Shown here in pieces: positions 26,601 through 41,190 of a stretch of DNA of 64,000 nt. The notes under the pieces are model-generated. The model made no database searches. It was not told the DNA's origin and saw only the letters and a program-made list of their open reading frames with translations. A program made the position numbers and the translations under genes. Where the stretch lies: contig NC_134035.1 in the NCBI RefSeq assembly GCF_964204645.1, positions 3,286,001 to 3,350,000 on the forward strand. Reading direction: 5' to 3'. This stretch comes from Tubulanus polymorphus (lineage: Eukaryota > Animalia > Nemertea). Position 1 is the first letter of the stretch. Each line of letters opens with the position of its first letter.

Positions 26601-29309
26601 CATCTCACAGAAAAGCCGTACATAATATTGTTAAGTTTTCTAGCTAAATTTCTGCACAGCGTTTTTGTCGCAGAAATTGAAACTGAAAGAAAATTTATCT
26701 TCCATAAAATCTAAAATTTCGATTTTCCGATGAAAATTCAATAATTTACTTTAGTTGCTTTGTTCCGATGTCGTCGGGACGTTTTTGTGTATTGTACGGA
26801 TGGCTCCGAATCGATGATTAACCAATGGTTTATGGCGATTACTTTGGCAGTATTGACCCCACTCGATACGTCGTTATCTGCATCGCAGTCGTCTGATCGG
26901 CTACGTGTTACGGGTTCGAATCGCCGCAGGTCGCCCCTTTTAACTCGTCGATTATTCATTTTCATTTTATATACATTATCCACTAATTAATATTCACATC
27001 CGTATTCGACAGCATCATATATAATCATAAATGTCTATTAGATATCTTTGTCTTATACCTAACTTCCCGTGCTCGCGCGCACTTCACCCGCCGATGGTCT
27101 TTAGTGTGGCGTAATATTTCATTCTAATTCTTGATGAAAAAAAACTCGTTTTCTTGTCTCTCCTAACTAATCGGCCGGTTCATTTTGTAAACTGCAATAA
27201 AATTTGTAATCAGTCCAAATTTATAACTAACGCGTCTGTAATGGTTAGTTAGCTTGATCATGATTTTGGGTAGATAGGCGGCCCGGCCGGGTCAACTTTT
27301 AAGCTCAGCAAAAACGAGAAACAAGGTATCAATTCTCTGTTAACCTAATCTTTAAATTTTCATACGATGGGTTTTAATCCTATTATCATTTCTCCGCGTC
27401 TGAGCGCTGCGCGGGCCATTCTACTACTAAATAGATACGACATCGACGATCCCGTTACAAACCGATCCCAAGACAATACATTCCGAAAACCGAGAATCCT
27501 CGTTGATTGAAATTCCGGGACATTTTTTTTAAAAGATGCGGTCGGGAAATTAATGATGTTTATCTGAGCGCGATTCAGTTGGCGTATGATAGCGTCGATT
27601 TGAATACCACGTTGTCTCCGTCACGGAGCACATATCACCGCCGCCAGATCCGAACGGCAAACTCTTCCCAAGATCGAGAGTCTTAGATAGGACGTGTTAT
27701 AAATCAATAATCGGAAATAGACGTGTTCGCTTGTAGAGAGTTTCAACTTGAAAAAAAGAATGGAATCTTAGAATACATTGATTTCGGCACGCGCTTTGAA
27801 CCGACCATCAATACTATAATAGTTCGCGGTATTTACTTAACGATGTTTACGCGGCGCCCGGTTGACGGGACCCAAATCACTTTCGTAATCATTCTCATCA
27901 GCGTTTCCTCGGTACCTAATCTATCATCTTCAATATCTTATTTCTAGTACGTAATTGATTTCAGTTGTAAATCTTAAAGTTGTTATCTTACTGTAAATCC
28001 GCTGAGCATTTTGCAATTGAAAATAATGCTATACTGTTGGTCATGAATTGACGAGCCAGCGAATGAAGCTTGGAAAGAGCCCACGAAATGACGATGTGCA
28101 CTCGATCGATTCTTTACTATAACTGCTTTATTACTACACTAAAAACCCCTACGTAGATATCAGTTAATCTCATGGACGGTGTGAGCGGAAGTTGCGGTCC
28201 GAAAAGATGTTGCCGCCGGATCCGGGAGAGTGCCGCTAATCTCTTTGTACTTAAAGCATAATTCACAGCAATGGATTAAGCTTAAGTAATCATCAGTTAT
28301 TATTTCTTTTCTCTGAAATTTCAACAATATTCTCTTCCGGAAAACGTTTCTTGAATTTCGGTTACAGATTGCAAATTCTAGTCCGTTCCAAAAGCAAGAA
28401 CGGACCTACGTTTTCGGTCTTTTAGGTCGGTCAAAATTGGAACGGTCTATCATGTAACGGACCAATCTGGGATGGACCTCTCGCTTGAACGCTCGGTCCG
28501 TTCCGAAATCGGAACGGGCCGAATTCAGACCGTTCTGAGTAACGTATATCGCGAACGCGGCTTAAAATGTTATTTCGTGCAAACGGCCTCGCATAATTCA
28601 AGATACGTTTACAGCGCTGGGACGTACACAGCGTCCATAGGAGATGTACTGTTTGTAAACAGCTCACGCGCGAAACCCATAAAATGATCGTTTAAACGCC
28701 GTAAAAATAAAGACTGGAATTGAAATATATCCAGGTCTGTCTCCCACGGCTGGCGTTGCCTGTAACCGGAATTACGATTTACACCGACGTTTTTCAAAAA
28801 TATCGTCGATGATCTCGACGCTTAAACCGAAATTGTCCGAATTAAATGTTGTATTGCGTAGCGCGGTTGTCAGATGCAGCCGGGGAGCTTGCTGCTGCTG
28901 CTGCTGGTGCTGCTATTACAGAGACTGCGCGAGGCCCGCTGTGACTTGACGATCTATCATAGTACCGATACACCGCGCGCATCCGGGGGCTCAGTTAACC
29001 GCGCTGAAACTGGCGCTTGAAAATTTAATGCAATTTAATACCGCGAGCGCGGATTCATCGTTATTGCGTCGATCTTTCCGAAAACCACAGATAGAGTTAC
29101 GTGACATTGACGAAGCGTTCAATTACTGGAGTAATATACATGTACACGACTGACTAGTTACTACAATTTCAACTTCGTCAAAACCATATTACAGTTTGAG
29201 CTAGCCGCCATTTTGTTATGGTACGTCATATTGTATATACTTTTTCTCTTCTTCAAACATTTTCGATGCATGTTTCATCCTACGTTCAGTAACTTTGTTT
29301 CCGTCCATC

Positions 29310-29492
29310 CCTCGGCCACCAGGGCGCCATTTCAATGAGTTCGAGGTCTCCTTTTACCGATCAAAGCGATATAAGAGGCCAAAGAAAAACCGTCGACCAA
29401 GAAACTCCGTCGACACCGGGATTCGAACCCCGAAGTCTTATAGAGGCTGGATTGGTGAGAGACCATTGCGCGCCAAAGACCGATGGCTATAA
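29310..29492 (-). mobile_element. tRNA-derived SINE-like head (Pol III A and B boxes)
   Basis: Minus strand has A-box TGGCGCGCAATGG (29463-29475) and B-box GGTTCGAATCCC (29418-29429). It does not form a full cloverleaf. Confidence 0.55.
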
Positions 29493-32400
29493 AACTGCAT
29501 AGCTTCAACACCTCTTCGGTTTCATTGTAACCAAATTTTCAGAAATATTAGATTCATACCAGAATTTACAAAAACGCGAATATGTCGTCTATAGTCAGTG
29601 TTGGCGGACGTGCGTTCGGGAAAGTTTCACCCATCGCATATAGAATTCCCATTATATCGACTCATTCCCAGCAATTCAAACGACAGCTCACGAAATTTCT
29701 GCATTTCCGTTCATGCCATCGCCCTTTGCTGAAGAGTTACCTTTGATGATAATTCATAATTCTAAACCTAGCGCGATTTTGATAAAAGATATCCTGTTTT
29801 ATTTCGCCTTAATTCATTCATTCGTAAAACTCGCGGCTTTATCTCATGGGCGGAACAAGGCGTTTATGAGTTAAGCAGCTTAAAGCTTATAGCTTCATCC
29901 GTAACAATAGTTTTTTTTTCTGCTCTGGAATCAGTAGTCGGTTATAGAAGCGTCGACCTTTTTTTTTATACAATTACATACCGTTATCCCGACGATAATG
30001 ACATCGATAATCGTTGATAAAGGTAATGAATTATTAATATCTAGGCAACAAACGAGAAGCGAAAATCACGGAACGGATGGATTGATTCATATACGCGGTC
30101 GGTGTTGGTATGGCACGGGCATCAACAGGAGAGGGGTCGGGGGTGCGGGCGACCCCCTATTTAATTCTGCAAATTTTTCGGATCCAAAGGTGTTTTTTAG
30201 CATTCAGGAAATTTCGTGAATTTTTTGCCTCAAAAGGTCGAGAAAATGCCTCAAAAATTAAGACTATTTCAGGATATTCAAGCAATTTAAAGGATTCAGA
30301 AAATAATGCTCGTTTGCCTTCGGCGCTTGGCCGATACGGCGCTAAGTATGGCATATTACATCCTTGTATCGAGCTCATTCTTTCGTGATGGATCCATATC
30401 AGAAGATACCAATGGCAGTTCATGTTTATCTCTGTCGCGCGGAAGTCTGTTCTTGCTCTTTTGAAGACGGTTTAAACGAACACCGAGGGTCGTGTTTATA
30501 GCTTAAAACGCCCCGAGGCCTAGCGCGCGCAGCATGGAATATATGAAACGTAAACGTTTTTCTGGCGTGTTTCGTGACCGCCGAGTGAAAAGTTGTTACG
30601 GACGATAGCTGTGCGCGAGCGATGTCGGAGAAACACCGACATTCAATGCCCAAAACAAGAAATATCGCGGACACTTGATAACCAAAACCAGACACACCGA
30701 GATTCAATAACCAAATCAGTGACAACTAGAGGATCACAAAGATCGCCACCATGTTTGTATCATGTGATCAATTACTACTTTTCGATCACTAGGTGGCACT
30801 GTATGTTTTTGGGGTTCCATGGCGGTATGTTTCTTGTTTCGGTGCGGGTGACAACGGGCGAACATCGAAACGTGGCAAAAACACAAAATCTTTTCCTTGT
30901 TCCGAGGTTTCTGCTGCCGTAGGCGAAAGGCTTAAGAGATTTCCTCTAATTCAAGAAGAGCAGATCAAAACATTTCGCGCACCATCGCTCGATTTCATCT
31001 TCGAACGAACGGTTGAATCGGGATGTTTCGCTAGGAATCGGTCACGGAATATTAGTCGAATCATTACCGTCTCTTAATGACGGTTCTTCCCCGAGCTGAC
31101 GATCCCGTCGGGAGTTTCGTCTGTAATCTAATTCACGCGTTAGTCCGTTAGTTCGACACTTTAAACGCGCCTATTAACCGGTACACTTGTGTGCCCCGGC
31201 GTGAACCGAGAAACGAGTACACCGAGGTCTCAGCGGGGCTAGAACACTATACTCGCCTTCGCCGTCCGTGTGTACGTGGATCGATGTCCAACCTTAAAAA
31301 GATGAGTAGTCCCATAACGCAAAGAATGCGTGACTAATCATTTACCTATTTCGTGTTTGATACCGATGAGATTTTTATGGCGGCCTTTTTATGATCGATG
31401 ATGGACCCGTATAATGTATTGATAGTTTGTTTTGCGTTCACCTGCCACAGGCGATCTCTCTCCCTCTCTACTCTGCGTACGCAGATACGGGAACGTGTAA
31501 AAACACCTCTATTCTATTCTTAATGAATACTTAAGTGTCGGTCGTCACGAAGATTCGCCCGGTTCATTGAACTCGTTTTGTTATTGTAATCGATCGACGG
31601 ACAAAAAAGAGTAACAAATGAACTGTGGCCAAAAACAGCTACAACCGCCCGACAGAGAGAGTGATACCGTCGATGATGTAGGGACATGGCTCGGAGTGGT
31701 CCGGATCAGACCAGAATCAAATTTGGTCCGACGCGTTAATGAGGGCGCGTTCACGCGTAAACCAGTCACTCGTTACTAAAATAACGTTAAAATGATGCTG
31801 TGGCAAGTGAGGTGAGTCACTTCCAGTACCAGTTAGCATTCACGCGAATTTCATTTGAAATGTTCTCGAATTTGGCACGGGCCTTGTCCGTTTTTGGCCA
31901 GGCCAAATTTGGCCCTGGTCAAACGCAGCAACGGACCCATTCGGTGAACGGTTGGTCCGTGTCCAAAACTGACCTCAAACTCGTCACATAGATAGCAGTA
32001 AGCGGTAACCCCTTTACTTCAGTTCCGCTTAAGCTAGACGTCCAATATGACGCGCTTTGACGTCAGGTTTATACCTCAGTAAGTGGACATATTCTAGAAA
32101 TCTGACAGATTCCTATGACAGAATGCCGGCCGATAAAATATTATATTTATTACTGATAGTTAGGCACGTTTCTGTAGAAAATATTCGTTATTTATAAAGC
32201 GTTTAATGTAATTTATTAGTTTACAGCGCGGTGTCCGATAACGCCGGTGTTTGCCGGTGTTTGCCGGTGATTGCCCCGGTGAAAGGTCTCATCACGGTTT
32301 CATTGTTTGCTCGTTTGCCGATAATCATACGGCAGGTAATTAATTACATCGCGATCTATTGTAGCGCGAGAGAGAGAGCGACGTAACTCGGAGAACATCG

Positions 32401-33669
32401 GCATCGACTCATTTAGCGGTATTTATACCACACAGGTCGAGATCGCGAGCGCCTATTCTGTCCCGTCGGGACGCGCCGTATGTACCTGGACGCAAAGAAA
32501 AAGTAAATTACTAAAAGCCTTATCTAACACTGGGGCCATTGTTTCATGTTCGCTGAGCCGGTAATTGCTTGTTAAGTGACGCTGACCGAGGATCTAACGG
32601 AATATTGTTGCCGCGGTAAGACGTGATAATTACGTCATCAATGACGACAATATTCATCTTAACGTCAGCGACAAAAACGCGAGGGATCAATAATTCTGGA
32701 GAGGTCGTACAAGTGACGTCATAGATTTGATAACCCGTCGCGCGGATGACCAGGTGCCGGTTGCATAGTCATGGCTTAGACTTACAGCCAACCTGTAGCC
32801 AATCTAAAAAAAAACTTAATTTAAGGCCACTTTTGGACTTAAGTCACGACTGCGCAACTGGCCCCGGGGGATTTATAAATTTCGACGGTCAGTCGTGTGT
32901 ATTACGACTTTGACCATAGACTCTTAAAACTCTTCGTTTTTGAGTCCATGGTCCACGGGCACCAGCCTAAATATCGAGCCAATCAGATGCTTAGCGAGGC
33001 TGCCGCTGAAAAACAACGCATGCGATTGGCCTAAAACATAGTCTGGTGGCCGCATAGCGGCAACCCATCCGCCCGAGAATCTTGGGCAATGTGAATCTTG
33101 GCTCAGCGAGATAGGTCCTTGGTGAAGCCTAAGTGTCTGATGTAACACAGATTTGTTATACTAAAGGGTCGTAGTAGCGCGACAGACGTCTCTAGTGGAG
33201 ACAACCACTACCAGAACTGGGTGAAGTGAGTTCAAACCCAAATAAGACCAGGAAGTGTTATTTCCTCGACTGATTTGCACTTTACTTATACTGTATACGC
33301 CATCAGCTGATGAAAAATCGCCAAAGCGATGATCAGCATCTCACTCTCACTCCCTTAAAGAAATTACTCGTTCGGAGGAGGATAAAGTGATGATCCGGCG
33401 TCTTCTTTTTTCGATAAATGTCATCCGTACTCGGTCTAAGAATACGATATTCCTCGTGTTAATCAATGAGTGTTAAACATTTCCACGACCGGATGCGAAT
33501 TTCATTCCAGGTGCGGAAATTGTCGAATACTATACCGAATGTTAGACGGTTGCCCTTTCTGTATGAACTCGCCAACGTTTTTCTGTCTCATAGTATACGC
33601 TGTCTTTATATGAACTTCACTTGCATATCGAATAAGGAAAAGTTTTTAACTTGGAGATGCTGTTAACAC

Positions 33670-34005
33670 AACACGCCCCTCTTGCAATTTTCAAAGGCTA
33701 CGCCTGAATTGCTAATACGCCTCAAAATATGCCTTTTCAATGATAAAAAAATGAACATTTCTGGCATTAATTGGAAGAATAAGGAAATGCTGTAAAATGC
33801 ATCACATCCATCTCAGAATTTTCAAAGGCTACGCCTGAATTGCTAATACGCCTCAAAATATGCCTTTTCAATAATGATCCATAAACTTTTCTTACATAAT
33901 TGTTAGAATAATGTTGTGAAATACATCACATCCATCTTAGAATGTTCCAAGGCTACGCCTGAACTGCTAAATACGCCTACAAAATCAAATATGCGTTTTC
34001 ATTTA
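33670..34005. repeat. Three tandem copies of an ~130-bp unit
   Basis: Repeated AAGGCTACGCCTGAATTGCTAATACGCCT. A related copy lies at ~15575-15610. Confidence 0.85.
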
Positions 34006-35696
34006 TTAGAAATAAATGCCCTAAATGTATCAGAAGACCTTCAAAATGAGGCCTTGGATCCCCGGCCATGCGTTCAAATCGCGGTGTCATGGCTATCGAC
34101 CTATATATTCCATTGAAGCTTCCGGATTGATTTTTCCGTGATAGATAGCCGATTAACGGCTTCGGATAGAATTCGAACGTCGATTGTTCGTCGTCTTCTG
34201 ACGCGGCGTCGCTTCGTATTTCAATTAGTTCCCGCTCGAAGAAATATACACAATAACGAAATACATCTATACACGAGCTTAATCAAAAGAAGTCGTTTAT
34301 TCATTTGCCTGAATACAGTCGTCGTCGAAAGCTTACTGTGTTATTAATTGATGCTCAACCTGAGTCGTTAACGGGAACTATTTAAACAGCGACGACGACG
34401 CCGTTTCTGTCGATACCGATAAAGACTGTGAGTTCGACACAATAAAAATCGACCCACAATCAAGAATATTCGCGCGAGTTGAAAAGAACAGTAACCGAGA
34501 AAGCGAGAAATCTGATTCGGCGACGACACTCGTTTTACAGCGCGGTGTTTGTTACGGTGTTACTGCGCCGCCGCAGCCGCTGTTGCTGATGATGAGCGTC
34601 GAGAGCGCGCTTTCTTAAAGAAGTCGATTGATATAATGAGTTATACGCGTACGATCAACAATCGCTGCCGCATCGACGACGACGTTACACGATTTCGCAA
34701 TATTTCCGCGGAATTAATCCGCGGTATAGTGCGTCCCGGCTTAAAAGGCGAAGCAACGCGCGCCGCGGTAAGATGATTCTTGCCCGTGGGTTAAAACCGC
34801 CAATGACGACGACGATATCGTCGGAAACGCACTCACACAAACCAAGTCGTATTGTTTAGAGAAATGCGTATACTACTGACTGACAAGCGGATCATTTCTG
34901 TACACATAAATACCGTAGTTGTCTCAATAATAGAATGCAGCCGTGCACTTTTTCGACGTGATTACGACATATTGGGTCGAAACGTGAAATTTATTGCCGC
35001 GATCGCACGAGAATGTTTGGCCTGTGCCTAAGTTACGCCCGGAACAACTGTTCACACGTGTACTTAATGGGCCCTTGCCTGGCCTGGCAAAAAATGTCGG
35101 ACCAGGCCCGTGGTCAAAACATTGCATGTGAATTGCTAATGGTTCCGGAAGTGACTCACTTCGCTTTGTTTAAACATTGTTTTGTATGGAATGAATGCTT
35201 TGCGTATGAGCGCGCTCTCTAATTACACGAGCCAAAATGTTATGACCGGGTCTGATCCGTGCCAATTTCGACCTGGGCCAAATCGTCTCCGTGCGAACTC
35301 TAAGTAAATCAAATCATATCTGATAAAATCCAAAGGGTATATAAACTTATTCGTTCTCAGCAACCAATTATTGATCAACTTCATTCACGCGAAAAAACGA
35401 GTTCACGCATTTCGCGAAAACTTCACGGGTTGCAATTTCAGAATCGACGGAGTCTAATCAAATTGTCTTCATTAAAACGATCAAATTCGTGCTTCATTTG
35501 GCGATGCGAGTAGAGTATATCTGTCGTATTCAACTCAATGAACATCAACAACTTCACTCTCATTTCAGCGGTTTTTTCAAGTTTAAGCTAATCGCCACGT
35601 CAAACCGAAAAATATCAAATTCAGAAGAAAATTAGACAATTTCAGAATTAAACCTTTATTAGGATATATTAAGCAAATTAAGGGCACCGACTTCGA

Positions 35697-35926
35697 AAGC
35701 CGCGATCACACGCGAATTTTTGGCCCGACCAAAAACGTCGGACCAGGCCTGGGCGACATTTTAGCATGGGTCAAATTATTGTTACTAGTTCCGTGGGTAG
35801 GTCTGATTTCACTTCGTTTTGTTTAAGCATTGTTTAGCTTAGAGGTAGTGATTCGTGTGTGAACGCACGGGCCAAATTTGACTTGGACGTGATCCGGGCC
35901 AAATCGTCTCCGTGTGATCGCGGCTT
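35697..35926. mobile_element. MITE with TIR AAGCCGCGATCACACG
   Basis: Perfect 16-bp TIRs. Related internal sequence occurs at ~35000-35300 and ~31690-31990. Confidence 0.75.
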
Positions 35927-38900
35927 AAGGGCTGTGTCGATCTAACCGAGTTCGACCTTGCGACTGCTAGCGACGAACCCCTCTGCGACCTATACGGCGA
36001 CTGATCACCTCGCCGACCGCCGTTGACTGACGGAGACTTGATACGAATCGAATTCGAAAAAAATGATAGATATATACACATCATTCGTCGATTCGGTAAC
36101 GAAAAAAGCTTCGATTCATCACCAACGGATGAATCGAGGAACATTGTAATTTACCAGCAGAAAAGAAAAGCCGTTTCTCGGATAAAGCAGCCGCGTCAAA
36201 GAGATACAACCTGTAAGATGCAAATACCGAGAGGATTAATGTCGAATTCGCAGGTTTTAACGATGTACGCCTTGACGAAGAGGCCTAGATGCGGACCCCT
36301 GAGACCACCCTCTAAATCCACCCCGATCCTATCTTCCAAATCAATCACGTTTAGACTAAAATGAAGTAATGTTTACGATCATTTGCAAGAGATGCACAAT
36401 ACTGCAAAACGGGCCGAGTCGAATATGCAGCTTCAGCGTCGTATCCGATTGTAACTGCGCTCATCAGCGCTGCTTTTGTTCGCAATGCGTGATCCATCAG
36501 CAAATTGGTAACTCGGCGATGAGCGAAAAGCAAAGTTTGATCGCACCGATATATCAGGCGTCGACCGGGTTCGTCGTGTAAAACCGGCACTCGGCGTTGA
36601 CCAGTCGCGTGTGAACGGTAGCGATTAATCACCAGATCAGGGCTTGTAATAAACTGATTAGAAAGTCGGTGATTTTTTCTAAACTCATCTCGTCTTCGTA
36701 AAACCGACGAATTAAACGATATTTTGATGGATTGGCGGCTATTTTCCGATAAGATATATACCAGCCTTTTACGCGGTTGTTTCAAGCCGTAAATCACTAT
36801 CGGAAATTGATGACCGCAGGATATAGTACACAGTTCATGGGAATTAATGCTGTAAGCAATCCGTCACTTCTCTGACGAAACATATAAGTTGATTTTGCAT
36901 CGGTTTGGGCGTATCGGTATTTCTGCCGCGACAACCAAGCCGTCAGCTAGCGCCCCCTTTGCCAGTGGGCGCTGTTGCATGTAACCGCGCTCTGATTGGT
37001 GGCACGTCGCGGCCAATCACGGATAGCTTCCGGGTTATTTTTTTTTTGTTGCAGATTCCAGGACAATACTTTGTGAACATAAAGCAGAGAATTCATTCTT
37101 CGCAAGACAAGCGATTAAAAAGACAATTTTTCGCGTGTTTTGTAACGGTTTGTGCGGTGCCCCGAAACAGCATTTTCAAGGGAAATGTCGATTCCCAAGG
37201 CAGACCCGATGCTCCTATACCGAAACAAGAAACAACTTATGTTTCGATAGATACGTCGTAACGAGTAGCTAAACAGGAAACGTCGACTTACAATGACTAA
37301 TAAGCAACAACAAGAAACACCTCCATGTTGATATCATGCGATACCATAATTTTCTTATTGCTAGGCGGTGTTCGAAGTTTGTTTCGGCGTTTCTTGTTTC
37401 ACCGTGTAACGATCGAAATGCATAATAAAACACAAAATATGTTTCTTGATTATTATATCGATGTTTGTCCTACCGTGCAGCTACGCGTAAGATGTCAAAT
37501 CGTGACTAAATATCGAAATACATGAATACAAAATCTGTTTTTTTTTTTGTTCTCTGCGTGTCGAAGGCTTTAGCGTGTCGAGTCGGTCATCTCGTTTTAC
37601 ATTACAGCTTCGATACGTATTGATGTTACAGGATGAACTAACTTTCTGCGACTATAATATCATCGCCCCCGTATATTTCAGAACACGCGAATGTCATTTT
37701 TCATTCGCGCCGAGCAGTATGCACAATTTCGGCTCCGAAGACGACGAAACGAAAGTCGCTGCATTTTAGAATTTAGACGAGACGCGCGACCCACGCAACA
37801 GTGATCGATAGCCAGGAAGTTCAATCTATAATGTTTCCCAGAGTGAAATATCACAATAGAATAATCACCCGAAAACGAACCTCTCGAAGTTCGAAGGTCG
37901 CGTTTTACTTCGATTCGTTTTTGCTATCGATCAAAACGCGCTTGTCGACTAAACGCCTTTAATGACCCTAAAAGGAACAGTTTTCAGATTAACGGATCCA
38001 TCATTCTTCGTTACTGATTGTCATGTAAGTGCGCCGAGATGCTGTAACCAGAGACGCGCTACCGATTTCATATTCATTGCCCCGACTCGACGCGGTAGGG
38101 CCTCGGTGCTTCATCCTTCGCTTAAAACTTTCACCCGGCACCAAACCCGAGATTAACACGCCAAATCATATTAACTCGTCGAGTTACGGCTGATAAAAAA
38201 TATAATTGCGGATTTATGCGTCGGCTCCGGCGAAGATCCGACCGACAGACGCTTTACCGCCCGTTACAGTCGAGTATAGATGATGCCCCGCGCAGCCGGC
38301 AAGATTTCCGGCAAAATCCGAAAACCGACGGCGGTTAAACGCGCGTCTGCTGCCCACGTGGTGTATTATATATAAGACAATCGAATAAGCTCGGGTCAAC
38401 GACCAGGGGATAAGTTAGCGATAAGTTTAATATACAGGTATAACGAGTGGTGAGATAAGAGTTTCGGCAATGATCCCTCTCGCCGTCGTCGCCACTGGTA
38501 AGTCGTTCATTGATTACTGGGATAATGCGAGGCTTTTGAGTAGTGGGTTACTGTGGCTCATTGCGCGCGCCGTCTTGTAGAGAAACTCTGCTGGTAATGA
38601 TTGATGTATATCCGCGGCGCGGATCATCGTCGATGTCTTTGCCGTTGCTTTTGGAAGGCGCCCGTGTTTTCTTCTAAGCGCTGATAAAACAAAGGCGAAA
38701 AACCGACTACAAAAGCGTCTCTCTTGTACCCGGCGCGTCGGTTGAAAAGAATTTATACACGCTGTGTTCCGGTGAATGAAAGAAACACACCCGGTTGTAC
38801 TATTGGAAAATTACAAAAATGCAGGTGAATGATGGTAGCTTCTCGTGCAGCCCGGATTCACAGAGAATCAAAATCAGCCGGTGGAATCAATTCTTTTTCA

Positions 38901-40667
38901 TTATGTACGACCCATCATAGCTTCGTGGATAAGGTGTTTGGCACACGAGACTGTGGTATCCTCCCTGGTAGGGTTTCAAACCGGATGGCATCGAGAATGC
39001 CTCGTGTCGTGGCAGATGCCATCAGGTTCGAATCTCTGACGAGGGAGGATGGAAAGGTGCGGGGTTCGGACCCGGGCGACACCATGCTATTCGGGCAGGA
39101 TGCTGACATTGTATCAGTGGTTCCCGACTAACTACTGACCTATAACAACGAAAGTCGCAATACACGAGTAAAGACCCACAGTCGATGGTCAAACCATTTA
39201 TTTTCTCAGATGAATTTCTCTTATTATTTAATAACTCTGAATACTGAGATTGATATCAGTATATCATTCAGCATATAAGACGTATGTGGTCTATTACTCT
39301 GATTGGAGAGGTTTCCACGGTATGGAAAAAAGAAAATGAAGAGAGAATTTGGTCCTGATGACATGAATTAAGCATCTAAGGTGGACGCAGAAAAACTACT
39401 ACTGGCATCGTCAATCTTTTTTTCGCTAACCTGTGCCACGATATGCGCACTTGAGGGTCTCGTATCGTACCATATTCTTGTCTATGCCATCAGGTTCGAA
39501 TCCCTGTCGAGGCGAATATTCTATGATACATAGTAGCTGTTGGAAATCCGACAGCCCACTGAAGTACTGTTACGCCATAGTTTATCAATGGTGTGCCTAT
39601 AAGGGAGTTCCGTTTATTGAAATCTTTCGAAAGACCAAGAAGACGCTTTCAAATCGTTGAATAAAACCTCACGAAATAGCAGCATTTTGTCCCATCTATA
39701 CTCTAATGGTGAACTAACTATTTACCATTTTTATCAGTAACAATCCCCTCCCTCCCGATCAATGTTACAACACGACTGGTTTCTTGAAAAAATGTTTCAG
39801 TTGATTATTTGCCCCGAGCCTACGCGAAACAGCTTTTAACGCTGTGTTGTGTAGCGACGAAACAAAATATAAAGTTTCTAATTCGTCTCAATGCGTCTCA
39901 ATGCATCACACTCATTGAGCGATATACGCCAGTGTTGTGAGTACGATGGGCTCTAATTTCACTATTTGAGCTTCCTGGAACAATCGCTGATTCGTTTTAT
40001 CATAAACGGTAATCAGGCACGAATGACGTTCTGTTGAACGGTTACTCGAAACCATCACGCGACGAAGTATCAAATGGTCAAAATATCATAACCCGATATT
40101 GTCCTACTGTCTGGTATTTCTCCAACAACAGGTAGGTCTAAAGAGGGTTCGCTATTGATACCGATGGCCTGATATTCAACCCCAAAACGGATGGGTTTAG
40201 CCTTCTGCAGAATCAGTTATCAGTGTTATTTGATATCTCTATCGGGTATTTGACATTTCCTCGACTTTTGGCAGATTTTATCGTAGGATCCCATATCGAA
40301 GAGTAAAATTATCGGTCTGTTGACGAAAAGGCATCGAGTTTACCGGATTCGTAAGATTAGACCGAATATCTTTATTACCAGTAACCCTGGGTGTAAATCT
40401 CCTATTCATCTGGGTCCGCTTTCACAGACAAGGGGCCGTTTCACAAATTACAATCAAATTGTCGAAGTCATCGAAAACGAACGGGTTGCTATAAGTCACT
40501 AATCATAATTTTGCGTTGGAAAAAACCGACCCCATCAAAGTTACACCTATACGGGTCGATGCTAAACCATGCATCAGCCTTCTTACTAAGGTGGTTGATA
40601 CCAAGGCTAATGATTAACCCTTAAAGCTTAAGGGTTAACTTTGATGATACATGCAGTCTATGAAACC

Positions 40668-41190
40668 GGGCCCACAGTTGCACAGTCGTGATCTAAAAGT
40701 GGTCTTGAATTTTAAGACTGATCTTAGCTTTTTAGATGCATGGGCTATAGAACTGAATTGGACATAATTCCAAGCAATGACTTAGTAACTGGGAACCCTT
40801 TGGTGATAACCACCACCTAACAGTGAAAAAACCATGACAAAAACCCGATACAATACAAAACGTTTCTGCGCCCGGTATTATAGTCTGATATTAACTTTAA
40901 CCCAGGGGCTAACTCAAATCATTTTCAATTGAGTTTACCCCAGTACCTGTTGCTCAGTCGTGACTTGAGTCCAAAAGTGGTCTTGAATCTTAAGACTGAT
41001 CTTAAGTGGCAAGATTGCCTTGGCTATAGAACTAATAGCCCGGGTCTAGTTGCACAGTCGTGACTTAAATCCGAAAGTGGTCTTAAATCTAAAGACTGTG
41101 GTCTCAAATTGTTAAATTGACTTTAGAAGCGAGTTGGTCTTATAGACTGGTCTTAAGTCTAAGCTGTGACTATGCAACCAGACTCAGGGT
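40668..41190. mobile_element. Cluster of three copies of the AGTTGCACAGTCGTGACTTAA / TTAAGAC MITE family
   Basis: Repeated GTTGCACAGTCGTGA...AAAGTGGTCTT...AAGACTG...GGCTATAGAACT. Other copies lie at ~5150-5470, 25840-25930, 32755-32870 and 57390-57730. Confidence 0.65.

Noticed and set aside
29400-29490. tRNA gene
   Set aside because: A and B boxes are present, but no acceptor stem or anticodon arm could be built. A SINE head is more likely.
36990-37022. Inverted CCAAT-box pair as a promoter
   Set aside because: There is no associated gene start, and similar ATTGG/CCAAT pairs also occur in another probably repeat-derived stretch (~32975-33030).
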